Shown one piece after another: positions 31,272-40,510 of a DNA stretch of 64,000 nucleotides. The stretch is from assembly GCA_963805855.1 (NCBI GenBank), contig CAWDVW010000007.1, positions 32,001 to 96,000 of the forward strand, read 5' to 3'. Each line of letters opens with the position of its first letter. Positions within the stretch are counted from its first letter, which is position 1. Made by a program: the position numbers and the translations under genes. The DNA is from Candidatus Dadabacteria bacterium (lineage in GTDB: Bacteria > Desulfobacterota_D > UBA1144 > Nemesobacterales > CSP1-2). Under the pieces are notes generated by a model. The model did no database searches. It was not told the DNA's origin and saw nothing but the letters and a program-made list of their open reading frames with translations.

Positions 31272-31814
31272 ATGAAATTATATAAAAATAAATTTAGGAT
31301 CGATTCTACTCGTTTAAAAGATTGGGATTATAGTTCTACTGGATATTATTTTGTTACCATTTGTACCAAGACCAAGGAAAAATGTTTTGGCGACGCGGTA
31401 AATGGCGAATTGAATTTAACTCACCTAGGAAAGGTTGCGTGCAAATATTGGCAAGAAATACCTCATCATTTCCCGCATGTAAAATTAGATGCATTTGTTG
31501 TGATGCCTAATCACATTCACGGAATTATTATCATTGAAAATGATGATCAAGTGGTAGAGACGCAAAATTTTGCGTCTCTACAAGAGTTCCAACCAAACAA
31601 ATTCGGCCCACAATCGAAAAATATGGCATCAATAGTTAGAGGTTACAAAATTGGTGTTAAAAAATGGGCAACTATAAACAATATTGCATTTGCTTGGCAA
31701 GAAAGATTTTACGATCATATTATACGCAATGAGGATGATTTAAGTGACATACGCGAATATATCGTCAACAATCCTTTGAATTGGGAGAAAGACGAAGAAA
31801 ATAAGGAAAAATAA
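31272..31814 (+). CDS. REP-associated tyrosine transposase (RAYT, Y1 HUH family)
   Basis: RLKDWDYS, YFVTICT, HUH motif MPNHIHGII, WQERFYDHIIR, catalytic YIVNNP; flanked by REPs. Confidence 0.92.
   Translation: MKLYKNKFRIDSTRLKDWDYSSTGYYFVTICTKTKEKCFGDAVNGELNLTHLGKVACKYWQEIPHHFPHVKLDAFVVMPNHIHGIIIIENDDQVVETQNFASLQEFQPNKFGPQSKNMASIVRGYKIGVKKWATINNIAFAWQERFYDHIIRNEDDLSDIREYIVNNPLNWEKDEENKEK
31554..31581. repeat. GTAG-type REP palindrome, copy 3 (inside the RAYT gene)
   Basis: Perfect palindrome GTAGAGACGCAAAATTTTGCGTCTCTAC, read in frame as VETQNFASL. Confidence 0.9.
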
Positions 31815-31819
31815 AATCC

Positions 31820-31847
31820 GTGGAGACGCAAGATTTTGCGTCTCTAC
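31820..31847. repeat. GTAG-type REP palindrome, copy 4
   Basis: GTGGAGACGCAAGATTTTGCGTCTCTAC just after the RAYT stop. Confidence 0.9.
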
Positions 31848-31865
31848 AGAACCAAGGAGGTCAAA

Positions 31866-32714
31866 ATGGCAAAGGCTAAATCATCAAAGTCGATGCAAAA
31901 AGAAAAGAGTTCTAAGAAGAAGGGCTCATCCCTTAAATTTCAAAACATTCTCTATGAGAAGAAAAAGCGCATAGCACGCGTCACGATTAACCGTGCCGAG
32001 GTCAGAAATGCACTTAATTCTGCGACGAGAGAGGAGCTTGCAATCGCCATCGAGGATGCGTGGGTAGACGACAATATCGGAGTAATAGTTCTCACGGGGG
32101 CAGGGGATAAGGCATTTTCGGCCGGTGGCGATCTGTCCTGGATTGTTGATCCTAAAAAGAAGGTTGACGCAAAATTCATGCTTGTTCACTACCGGCTTGC
32201 GAATGCAATGAGAAATTGCGGGAAGCCGATTATTGCCAGGGTGAATGGTTATTGTGTCGGTGGCGGGAATGAGCTTAACATGCTATGCGACCTGACAATC
32301 GCATCTGAGGATTCAATCTTTGCACAAGCTGGTCCTTTGGTGGGTAGTGCCCCTATATGGTATGGATTGCAGCAGCTCCAACATTCCGTCGGTGACAAAA
32401 AAGCCAGAGAGGTTGTTTATCTATGTAATCGATATTCCGCCAAAGAGGCTATGGAAATGGGTTGGGTCAACACGGTTGTTCCAAAGGAAAAGCTCGATGA
32501 GGAGGTTGATGCCTGGTGCGAGAGGCTGCTTCAGATGAGCAGGCAGTCGCTGAGGATCGCAAAGTTTCAGATTAACTTTGCTTCTGATATGGCACACCCT
32601 CAAATCACGCACGGTCTGGAGCTCGCACGATTCTTTATGAAGGCTCCAGAGATGGTCGAGGGGGCCAAAGCATTCTTGGAGAAGCGCAAGCCGGATTTCT
32701 GGAACGTCGACTGA
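31866..32714 (+). CDS. Crotonase-family enzyme (MenB/BadI-like enoyl-CoA hydratase)
   Basis: INRAEVRNA, AFSAGGD, YCVGGG, AQAGPLVGS, AFLEKRKPDF; AGGAGG RBS. Confidence 0.85.
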   Translation: MAKAKSSKSMQKEKSSKKKGSSLKFQNILYEKKKRIARVTINRAEVRNALNSATREELAIAIEDAWVDDNIGVIVLTGAGDKAFSAGGDLSWIVDPKKKVDAKFMLVHYRLANAMRNCGKPIIARVNGYCVGGGNELNMLCDLTIASEDSIFAQAGPLVGSAPIWYGLQQLQHSVGDKKAREVVYLCNRYSAKEAMEMGWVNTVVPKEKLDEEVDAWCERLLQMSRQSLRIAKFQINFASDMAHPQITHGLELARFFMKAPEMVEGAKAFLEKRKPDFWNVD

Positions 32715-32726
32715 AGAATTATTCCA

Positions 32727-32806
32727 GATGCAAGATTTAAGGGAGCGGATACTATCCTGCATCTTGCATCCTGCATCATGTATCGTGCATCATGTATCGT
32801 GCATCA
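32727..32806. repeat. Heptamer-periodic inverted repeat, copy D
   Basis: GATGCAA GAT, spacer, then seven ATC(C/T/A/G)TG(C/T) units; between convergent genes. Confidence 0.8.
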
Positions 32807-32807
32807 T

Positions 32808-33740
32808 TCATTTGAATGCCGGGATAACTTCTTTAGCAAACAAGCGTAGCGTATCAGGGTTCATATAGTCTGAAAAGAATATAGTATATTTGACTATTCC
32901 CCTATTGGCGTTATCTTCGATCTTTTTTATACACTGGTCCGGGGTTCCTATAATTCCAAATTTTTCAATATCTCCGAAGAATCCATATCTTTTTTTGGCA
33001 ATTGGGATTTTTTCTTCTAGCTCCTTTTTATCTTTAGCAATTACGCAAATTGTCTGCTGAGATATCTTAATGTTATTTATGTCTCGACCTATGTCAGAGC
33101 AGCGTTTCTTTAGTGCGGCAAGCTTACGATCATACTCAAGGGCATTTGTGCCGGGGCAATTCCACTCATCCGCCAGCTCAGCGGCAGCACGAAGCAAATA
33201 CTTCTCGCCTCCCCCGCCAATTATAATAGGGGGATGTGGTTTTTGAACGGGTTTTGGGTTGCAATATGCATCAACGATTTGATAGTGTTTACCATTGAAT
33301 GTGGCTTTTTCTTCTGTCCACATAGATCTTATTATCTTTACCGATTCTTTCATTTGTTCGATCCTGGTTTTCGTATCCGGGAAATCATAGCCGTAGGCTT
33401 TGTATTCGGGTTCAAACCAACCGGCTCCAACTGCAAACTCTAGTCTTCCATTGCTAATTACATCAAGTGTCGCTCCCATCTTTGCAAGAAGCGAAGGATG
33501 TCTAAATGAGTTGCACAATACCAAAGTTCCGATTCTCACCTGTGAGGTAACGGTTGAGAGAGCGGACATCATAGTCCATGCCTCATAGATATCGAGGTCT
33601 ATGGCCCCCATTCCGAGAATGTGATCATAGAACCAAATCGAGTGGAAACCGAGCTGATCACACAGCTCGGCAGCCTCTCTAATTTTTGAGAAATCAATTT
33701 TCTGCTGTCGTAGCATAACTCCGAAATCAATTTTAGCCAT
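32808..33740 (-). CDS. LLM-class (luciferase-like) flavin- or F420-dependent oxidoreductase
   Basis: WFYDH, FRHPSLLAKMGATLDVISNGR, GAGW, PKPVQKPHPPIIIGGGGEK. Confidence 0.88.
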   Translation of the reverse strand: MAKIDFGVMLRQQKIDFSKIREAAELCDQLGFHSIWFYDHILGMGAIDLDIYEAWTMMSALSTVTSQVRIGTLVLCNSFRHPSLLAKMGATLDVISNGRLEFAVGAGWFEPEYKAYGYDFPDTKTRIEQMKESVKIIRSMWTEEKATFNGKHYQIVDAYCNPKPVQKPHPPIIIGGGGEKYLLRAAAELADEWNCPGTNALEYDRKLAALKKRCSDIGRDINNIKISQQTICVIAKDKKELEEKIPIAKKRYGFFGDIEKFGIIGTPDQCIKKIEDNANRGIVKYTIFFSDYMNPDTLRLFAKEVIPAFK

Positions 33741-33903
33741 TCTAAGTCACCCTATCCTTTATGCTAGTTGACGAGACCTTTCACTTTAACAGAGTGATAC
33801 AGTTCAATCAACATCTCGAGTAAAATGGATCAATATATGAGTTTGACACATTGAACAATATGGATTAATTTTACAGGCAATTCATTCTGAAACGGGAGAG
33901 AAT

Positions 33904-34629
33904 ATGCACAAAAAGGATCATCTGAAAAGAACCTTATCACCCCTTTCTATAATGTTTGGTATCCCTCATTTTAAAATCGTGATTGCATTGTTTTTAGTCC
34001 CGGCTCTCATGTTTGTCGCGGGTTGTGAAAGAAAGGGATCGGATAAGGGTGAACCGGAACAGGGTACACAGGGTCAGGAAGCAAAAGGAGAGAATAGCAC
34101 AAAAACCACCAGTACTAAGGGAGGTAATCCTATGGTCCTGATGTCTACGTCAATGGGCGATATTAAGATTGAACTCTATCCTGATAAGGCACCTATCACT
34201 GTAGAGAATCTTCTGGGCTATGTAAGGGATGGCTTTTATGATGGAACAATATTTCATCGCGTCATCCCAGGTTTTATGGTTCAGGGGGGCGGTTTTACCC
34301 CTGATATGAATCAGAAGCCGACAAAAGCCCCAATTAAAAACGAAGCGGATAATAGGCTGAAGAATGACAAGGGTACCATTGCAATGGCGCGGACAAACGT
34401 TGTTGACAGCGCGACTTCACAGTTTTTTATAAACCAGGCTAACAATGATTTTCTGAACCATAGCTCAAGAGACTTTGGTTATACCGTGTTTGGAAAGGTT
34501 GTTGAAGGAATGGATGTTGTCGACAGTATAGCCGCGGCAAGAACGGGATCGGTCGGGATGTTCCAGGATGTACCCGAAGAGGCAATCGTGATAAAATCCG
34601 TGAAGGTTGTGGGACCTGAAGCCCAATAA
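33904..34629 (+). CDS. Cyclophilin-type peptidyl-prolyl isomerase, probably a lipoprotein
   Basis: [39 protein letters not shown] lipobox-like motif. Confidence 0.92.
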   Translation: MHKKDHLKRTLSPLSIMFGIPHFKIVIALFLVPALMFVAGCERKGSDKGEPEQGTQGQEAKGENSTKTTSTKGGNPMVLMSTSMGDIKIELYPDKAPITVENLLGYVRDGFYDGTIFHRVIPGFMVQGGGFTPDMNQKPTKAPIKNEADNRLKNDKGTIAMARTNVVDSATSQFFINQANNDFLNHSSRDFGYTVFGKVVEGMDVVDSIAAARTGSVGMFQDVPEEAIVIKSVKVVGPEAQ

Positions 34630-34709
34630 TTACCGATATGAATCCCGTCACCGTTCGTCAAATTATGTTCTAGACTGACAGGTGTCGTCAGGTAATATTC
34701 CAATCAGTA

Positions 34710-35750
34710 ATGGCAAAACTTACATATAAGACAGCGGGCGTCGACATCGATGCCGGAAACTCTTTTGTCGAGTTAATTAAGCCGCTTGCTAAAAAGACGT
34801 ATAAATCCAATGTTATTGGGAAGATTGGCGATTTTTCGGGGTCATACGTTTTCCCGATAGATAGGTATAAGAACCCCGTTCTTGTCGCGTCTACCGATGG
34901 TGTTGGAACGAAGCTCAAAATCGCTATATTGGCTGGAAAACTTGATACCATTGGAATAGATCTCGTTGCAATGAATGTAAACGATATAGTTACCAGCGGG
35001 GCTGAGCCACTCTTTTTCCTCGATTATTTGGCTACATCAAAGCTCAATCCAGATGACGGGGTCGAGATTATCAAAGGCATAGTTAAGGGCTGTAATGAAG
35101 CTGGGTGTGTTCTTCTTGGCGGTGAGACAGCTGAGATGCCTGGATTCTACAAGAAGAGTGAGTTTGATTTGGCGGGGTTCGCGATCGGAGTGGTAGAGAG
35201 AGACGAAATAGTAGATGGCTCGAGGGTAAGGCCGGGAGATATTGTAATCGGGATGTCTTCTAGTGGTCTCCATTCAAACGGATATTCGTTAGCAAGAAAG
35301 GTTCTTCTCGACAAGAAGAAGCTTAGTCTAACAGATAGACCTAGACCCCTGAAGGATCGTGTTGGAGATGAACTATTAAAACCTACACGGATTTACGTAA
35401 AAGCAGTGCTCAGCCTTAAAAAAAATCACGATATTCACGCAATTGCCCATATTACCGGAGGGGGACTCATAGAGAATGTTCCGAGGGTTGTTCCCAAAGA
35501 TTGTGCGGTAGTTATAGATTCCTCCCTTTGGAAGCTCCCCCCAATTTTTGAGTTGATTAAGGAATTTGGTCATATAGAAAGAGACGAAATGTTTAGAACC
35601 TTTAACTGTGGAATCGGTATGGTACTGGTCGTATTAAAAGAGCAAGCAGATGGGGTCTTAAGAAAACTCAAAAGGTTCGGAGGAGAATCTATGGTTATTG
35701 GCGAGATCAAAAAGTTGAAAAGGGGACAGTCTCAAATCGTAATAACCTAG
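34710..35750 (+). CDS. purM: Phosphoribosylformylglycinamidine cyclo-ligase (AIR synthetase)
   Basis: TDGVGTK, GGETAEMPG, GLHSNGYSL, HITGGG, TFNCGIGM. Confidence 0.97.
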   Translation: MAKLTYKTAGVDIDAGNSFVELIKPLAKKTYKSNVIGKIGDFSGSYVFPIDRYKNPVLVASTDGVGTKLKIAILAGKLDTIGIDLVAMNVNDIVTSGAEPLFFLDYLATSKLNPDDGVEIIKGIVKGCNEAGCVLLGGETAEMPGFYKKSEFDLAGFAIGVVERDEIVDGSRVRPGDIVIGMSSSGLHSNGYSLARKVLLDKKKLSLTDRPRPLKDRVGDELLKPTRIYVKAVLSLKKNHDIHAIAHITGGGLIENVPRVVPKDCAVVIDSSLWKLPPIFELIKEFGHIERDEMFRTFNCGIGMVLVVLKEQADGVLRKLKRFGGESMVIGEIKKLKRGQSQIVIT

Positions 35751-35779
35751 GATCATAGTATTAAATTCCGATGAAACTA

Positions 35780-36700
35780 TTATCTAATACTCCATCCAAA
35801 GCTGTATCTGAATATCGCCCTTATATTTAATCTTTCCAATTGCCAGCTTTGCGGAAATGGACTAAAGGGTGCGGCTACCCTTATTGCCCTTATGGCCTCG
35901 TCATCCAGTCGCCTGAAGCCCGATGTATCTAATAATTTTACGTCTTCAAGATATCCGTCGCTTCTGATCGTGAATACGAGCAGTAACTCTCCCTGTTCTC
36001 CCTTCATGCGAGATGCTTCAGGGTAATTCCAGACTCCCTCGATTTGCCTTTTAAGCTTTAGGAAATAAGAAAGGTACCTGAATTCCGTTGTGTTTAAGTC
36101 AACTGTATCCTCTTTCTTATTTACGTCCCGGGCTCCAAAAAAATCCCTAGAGCTCTTTCGCTCTTGTGCGAATTGGCTCGGAGAAGAGTTAAAAAGCTGT
36201 TCTTTGGAAATCTCAGGGGTTTTGTTTTGCTCTAACTCCTTTTTGGGCATCTCCGACTCCTTTAATATCTCTTTAGGAGCAGATGCAATCTTAGTCGATT
36301 TCTTTCTGGGCTCTTGTTTTTTTGGTTTCTCTTGTTTTTTCTCTACCTGTGGTTGCTTTCGCTGCGGCGCCTGCTGGGGCTGGGGTATTTGGGCGGTGCT
36401 TCCCCTTTTTGTGAAATCATCCCTGGTCTTTTCCTCAACTGCTTCATGCGATCTTTCCGCTAAGCGTTTTAGCTCCTTTGGCGGTTTGGTCTCCTTCTCC
36501 TTTGGTACAGGTAATTCGGTTATCTCTATGAACTTAGGTTTTTCTTTCAGGGCTTCTACTTGTTTATTTTGTATGTAGACCTGGGAGATAGCTACAATCA
36601 GAAAAATGAGGATATGAAGGACGATAGATGCTATAATGAAAGTTATAGTTAATCTTTTTGAACGTCTCCCCCTTGAGCGTTTTTTGTCAACAGAATTCAC
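35780..36700 (-). CDS. TonB-family energy transducer
   Basis: N-terminal TM with SIVLH, Lys/Glu/Pro linker, TonB C-terminal WNYP...SGFRRLD. Confidence 0.85.
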   Translation of the reverse strand: MNSVDKKRSRGRRSKRLTITFIIASIVLHILIFLIVAISQVYIQNKQVEALKEKPKFIEITELPVPKEKETKPPKELKRLAERSHEAVEEKTRDDFTKRGSTAQIPQPQQAPQRKQPQVEKKQEKPKKQEPRKKSTKIASAPKEILKESEMPKKELEQNKTPEISKEQLFNSSPSQFAQERKSSRDFFGARDVNKKEDTVDLNTTEFRYLSYFLKLKRQIEGVWNYPEASRMKGEQGELLLVFTIRSDGYLEDVKLLDTSGFRRLDDEAIRAIRVAAPFSPFPQSWQLERLNIRAIFRYSFGWSIR

Positions 36701-36904
36701 GCCTTATATAATAACATCCTGGCAACCTGATTGCTATCTTTTACTACGATTATTATAAGTTTCATCTTTAATTGTGCGCCTATACCCACTGCTTTCTGTA
36801 GGCTTATTCATCAAGTGTAGGTCGGAGATCGCTTCGATATCCTCGTGATGACACCCAGACCTACCGTCCTGATGTTATTCGCTTTCCTCCGTGCAGTGTC
36901 AACA

Positions 36905-37000
36905 TTTTCTACTAAGAGTCTCAACATAAACCCGATCGCACTGAGTTTATCGAAGTGCGAGTAATGGCCCTTCGACTGGGCTCAGGGCACACGGGTTCAG
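36905..37000. repeat. REP-like cluster (CACTGAG-TTTA-TCGAAGTG subfamily)
   Basis: CAACATAAACCCGATCGCACTGAGTTTATCGAAGTGCG followed by CCCTTCGACTGGGCTCAGGG. Confidence 0.7.
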
Positions 37001-37163
37001 GGTTTCCAATGTTAGGGCAATCGAATTTATGACAGCTCTCAAATGACTGCTTTTTCCTGCTTTGAGATTGCTTCGCCTCCTTCGACCTAGTTTAGTACTC
37101 CTCGCGGCAGCTTAAGAGAGTATCTGTTTGTGTGCTGATACCATGAAGCCTGCTGCAGGGTTA

Positions 37164-37982
37164 TTAATCTTCAATTCCAAGTAGCTCTAACACTGAACGA
37201 TTCCAACCGACGGGTCCTACACCATCAGCATAAATCAAATTATCAAGCACTATTCTTTGATCGTATTTCCCATCAGGTTTCTGAACTAAGATGGGTATGT
37301 CGACAACCTCAAGCATTGGAAAATCATTCAAGCTATCTCCCAATCCCGCGCAGTTTAGGTCAGAAAATCGGTTTTTGAATATTTGTAATAATATCTTGAC
37401 CGCCTTTCCCTTGTCATTCTTGCCCATAATGTGATGAAATATAGCACCCTGGGTGTAATTAAAACCCCTTCCAGTTATCTCTTCTCTTATGGTTTCAGCT
37501 ACTTTATCATTTCCGAATATGATGAACGGCTCATCGTATTCTCGCATCTTCGATAGCTTTGCCAACCTGGGATCGAGGCCCGTATATTCGGAAATTTCGG
37601 ATATCTTCATCTCTGAAAAGGACTTGAGTTTTATGCCGGTGTCATTCCTTATCGATTTTAATACTTCAACTAGCGTATCGTACTTTGTCCCAAGCACTAT
37701 AACCTTGTAGTCATTCGTCTTTGTATCATAGTCAAAACTGTTAGTATCGTAATCTCGAGGAACGTAGATTCCGCCTCCATTTTCTGAAATGAATGGATGG
37801 CGGTTGCCGGTGAGCTCCCTGTATATTTCTATCTCGGGCCTGGTTTTACTCGAGCAGAATATCAGGGGGATATTTCTCAGCTTAAGGGCATTCAAGGCAG
37901 GTTTTGCCGCTTCGAATGAATATGTTTTATGGTCGAGTAAGGTCCCGTCCAGGTCGGAAAATATTAAGAACTGTCTATTCAT
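37164..37982 (-). CDS. gpgP: Glucosyl/mannosyl-3-phosphoglycerate phosphatase (HAD IIB)
   Basis: FSDLDGTLLD, CSSKT, ISENGG, REYDEPF, GDSLND; overlaps the synthase stop. Confidence 0.85.
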   Translation of the reverse strand: MNRQFLIFSDLDGTLLDHKTYSFEAAKPALNALKLRNIPLIFCSSKTRPEIEIYRELTGNRHPFISENGGGIYVPRDYDTNSFDYDTKTNDYKVIVLGTKYDTLVEVLKSIRNDTGIKLKSFSEMKISEISEYTGLDPRLAKLSKMREYDEPFIIFGNDKVAETIREEITGRGFNYTQGAIFHHIMGKNDKGKAVKILLQIFKNRFSDLNCAGLGDSLNDFPMLEVVDIPILVQKPDGKYDQRIVLDNLIYADGVGPVGWNRSVLELLGIED

Positions 37983-39183
37983 TATCTTCATCAACTGCCA
38001 TACGCAGCTGGTCAAGAATATCTGGAATAGCAGAGGTCACCCTATTCCAATTTGGTATCAATGGAGAACCCAGCGGATCCTCAACGAAACTTTTGCTTGC
38101 AGTTCTCAATCCTCTTACAAAGGTCTCCACTGCTGATCCTTCGTCATGTCTATCAAATAATAGGTCATTAATTATTGCATCATCGCTATACCTTTTTATC
38201 GCGTCCTGCGCGGTCCTTAAATAGGTCGAGAGTAAGGCGCTGAAAAAGCCATCTGAGAAAATCACGCCCTCTGATGCAAGCATCCTGAAAAGGCTTTTCG
38301 ATATATCTATGCACATCTTCAACAGACCGCCTTCCGGGTTATCCGAGGAGAGGTTCTGGTGTTTATGCTCATAATTGTCGCATAGATCAGCTTGACAAAT
38401 TCTTTTGGGAGACACGTTTCTAAATACCTCTGCCAACACTCCAACCTCCAAACCCCAGTCCGACGGTATACGGTTTACCCTCGCCAGGTCAACGTCCATT
38501 GAGAATTCTCCTGCTAGCGGATATCTGAAACTGTCAAGGTATACCAAAAATGGCAAATAGCCGAGAATCTTTTGCAAGGACCTTATTATTGGAGTTATAA
38601 ACAGCCTTGTTACTCTACCATACATTCTGTCTGTCACCCTCTGATAGTAACCTTTGCAAAATTCATATCCGAGGTTTGGGTTTGCTACAGGATAGCAGAG
38701 CCTCGCCAATAGTTCCCTGCTGTAACTCAGTATATCGCAGTCGTGAAGGGTTATCACTTCGCTCGATTCCTCAGCTAGTACATATCCGTAGGCGATCCAG
38801 GCTGCCCTCCCTTTGCCCGCCTCACCCAAAAAGAGACCGTTCTCTTCTAAAAGTGTAAAAATGGATTTTATTCTGTCACCGTCGTTCCATAATATTTTAA
38901 TTTTTTGAGGAAGAACCGAAAAAAATTCCTTTGCATGCTTGAACTCGTCCTCATTAGCATTGCCAAGGGTCACCACTACCTCATTCAGGTAATTCACCTG
39001 CCCGAGTTCCCTGACAATCTTTTTCAGCGCCTTCCCCTGCAATTCAGAATATAAGCTTGGTAGTATAAGGGCGATCGGACTGTGTCTAGAATATTCTTTT
39101 AGTTCCTCTTCCAGCGTTTCAACATTGTTTTTCCTCAGCCTGTGAAGGGTAGAAATTGCTTCTGTCTGGTAGAAATCTCCCAT
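37975..39183 (-). CDS. gpgS: Glucosyl-3-phosphoglycerate synthase
   Basis: MGDFYQ start, GKGRAAW, LHDCDI, GRVTRL, YPLAGEF, DWGLEVG, YEHKHQ. Confidence 0.85.
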   Translation of the reverse strand: MGDFYQTEAISTLHRLRKNNVETLEEELKEYSRHSPIALILPSLYSELQGKALKKIVRELGQVNYLNEVVVTLGNANEDEFKHAKEFFSVLPQKIKILWNDGDRIKSIFTLLEENGLFLGEAGKGRAAWIAYGYVLAEESSEVITLHDCDILSYSRELLARLCYPVANPNLGYEFCKGYYQRVTDRMYGRVTRLFITPIIRSLQKILGYLPFLVYLDSFRYPLAGEFSMDVDLARVNRIPSDWGLEVGVLAEVFRNVSPKRICQADLCDNYEHKHQNLSSDNPEGGLLKMCIDISKSLFRMLASEGVIFSDGFFSALLSTYLRTAQDAIKRYSDDAIINDLLFDRHDEGSAVETFVRGLRTASKSFVEDPLGSPLIPNWNRVTSAIPDILDQLRMAVDEDNE

Positions 39184-39410
39184 CTTAGTACCCCGTTCTT
39201 TTATTAGGTTATTAAATAAGCTAAATCAACATCGGAAGGTTTAAATCTAACATAATAAGTTTCTAAGAGTCAATTAACCGCATCAGACTCCGTTTGGGTA
39301 AATGATTAAAATCCGGTACTCAGGCAAAATGAATTGTTATTTTAGAAACGACAGGTTAACTAGTGAATTCCCTGCAGCTTGATGCAGGATTTCCCGTGGC
39401 TTGTGATTGC

Positions 39411-39855
39411 TGTAGATGTTACATAATTCGGGAAAAGTATCTTAGGTCTTAAATGGGCATTCAAAAAATTTCCAAAATCAATTCCGGAAGCGTTAAAAAA
39501 AGTGACAAAGATTACTGTCAAACTCGAAGGAATCCTTCGACGGAATACGGGCTCGATGAAAACTCAATCTTCAGACCGCCTATTGTCATTTCGAGCGGAG
39601 CGAGAAATCTTTCCGTTGTCTTTGTTTTTGCCAACCTAACTACAAGATCTCTCACATGCGTTCGAGATGACACCTTTTTTTTTGTCAGCCCTTGTCCTGA
39701 GCACAGTCGAAGGGTTGTGTCTTTGTATCAAGACAAAGAAAATAAAAAATTAAACCATGGATCCCTGATAAAAAAGTTCGAGGATGACGGAAGAGTAAAT
39801 TTCCAGGAAATTATCTATTTTTAGGATTTTGTCAACTAAATATCTAACATCTACA
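39411..39855. mobile_element. Non-autonomous TGT...ACA element (MITE), copy 1, with internal REP cargo
   Basis: Ends TGTAGATGTT...AACATCTACA; both terminal segments closely match the reverse complement of 56219-56561; no transposase. Confidence 0.75.
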
Positions 39856-39922
39856 GCGATGACATCTGAGTGTTTCATTTTCAATTGTGATAAGCAGCAG
39901 CTTGCTGCAGGGAGTTTCATCA

Positions 39923-40510
39923 TCAAATAAGATACTTGATAATTATGAAGCCAACTAAAAGCAGTATGAAAAACAGTGTAACCAGAATATTAAAATATCG
40001 ATCGATAAATGTTTTGATTTGTTCACCGTAGAAGTAGATTAAGACTGCCTCTAAGAAAAACCTTCCCGATCTCCCGATAACAGATGCTAAAATTAGTATC
40101 ATTAAATTAATCTTGAAAACACCGGCTGTTATTGTAAACACTTTAAAGGGAATAGGTGTAAGTGCAGCGCCGAGAATTGCGATAAAGGCGTTTTGTTCGT
40201 ATTTTCCGCTGACGTACAGAAAGGCATTATGGCTGAAAACATAGGTAAAAAAAAAGTTATCAACAATTTCCCATAGACCCCATCCGATCATGTAACCAAA
40301 TATAGCGCCGAGGACAGACACTATGGAACATATTGCCGCATACCATAATGACCGCCTTGGCTTACCGAGGCAGAGTGCCATGAGGAGCGGGTCAGGAGGG
40401 ATAGGGAAAACGGATGCCTCCAGAAATGAAACGAGAGACATGGCAGGTACACCGTATTTAGTGTCTGCCCAGTGGAGGACCCAGTTATAAAGCTTCTTAA
40501 GCATGGGCAA
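39923..40510 (-). CDS. YqaA/DedA family membrane protein
   Basis: FLEASVFPIPPD, TPIPFKVFTITAG, GRSGRF. Confidence 0.9.
   Translation of the reverse strand: MPMLKKLYNWVLHWADTKYGVPAMSLVSFLEASVFPIPPDPLLMALCLGKPRRSLWYAAICSIVSVLGAIFGYMIGWGLWEIVDNFFFTYVFSHNAFLYVSGKYEQNAFIAILGAALTPIPFKVFTITAGVFKINLMILILASVIGRSGRFFLEAVLIYFYGEQIKTFIDRYFNILVTLFFILLLVGFIIIKYLI

Noticed and set aside
29962-31847. 28-bp repeats as a CRISPR array
   Set aside because: Spacing is irregular (hundreds to over 1000 bp), copies are full palindromes starting GTAG, they surround a RAYT, and no cas genes are present.
39453-39824. 123-aa ORF (and ORFs at 55994-56450)
   Set aside because: Translations of MITE and REP sequence; no transposase motifs, and frames are not conserved between the two copies.
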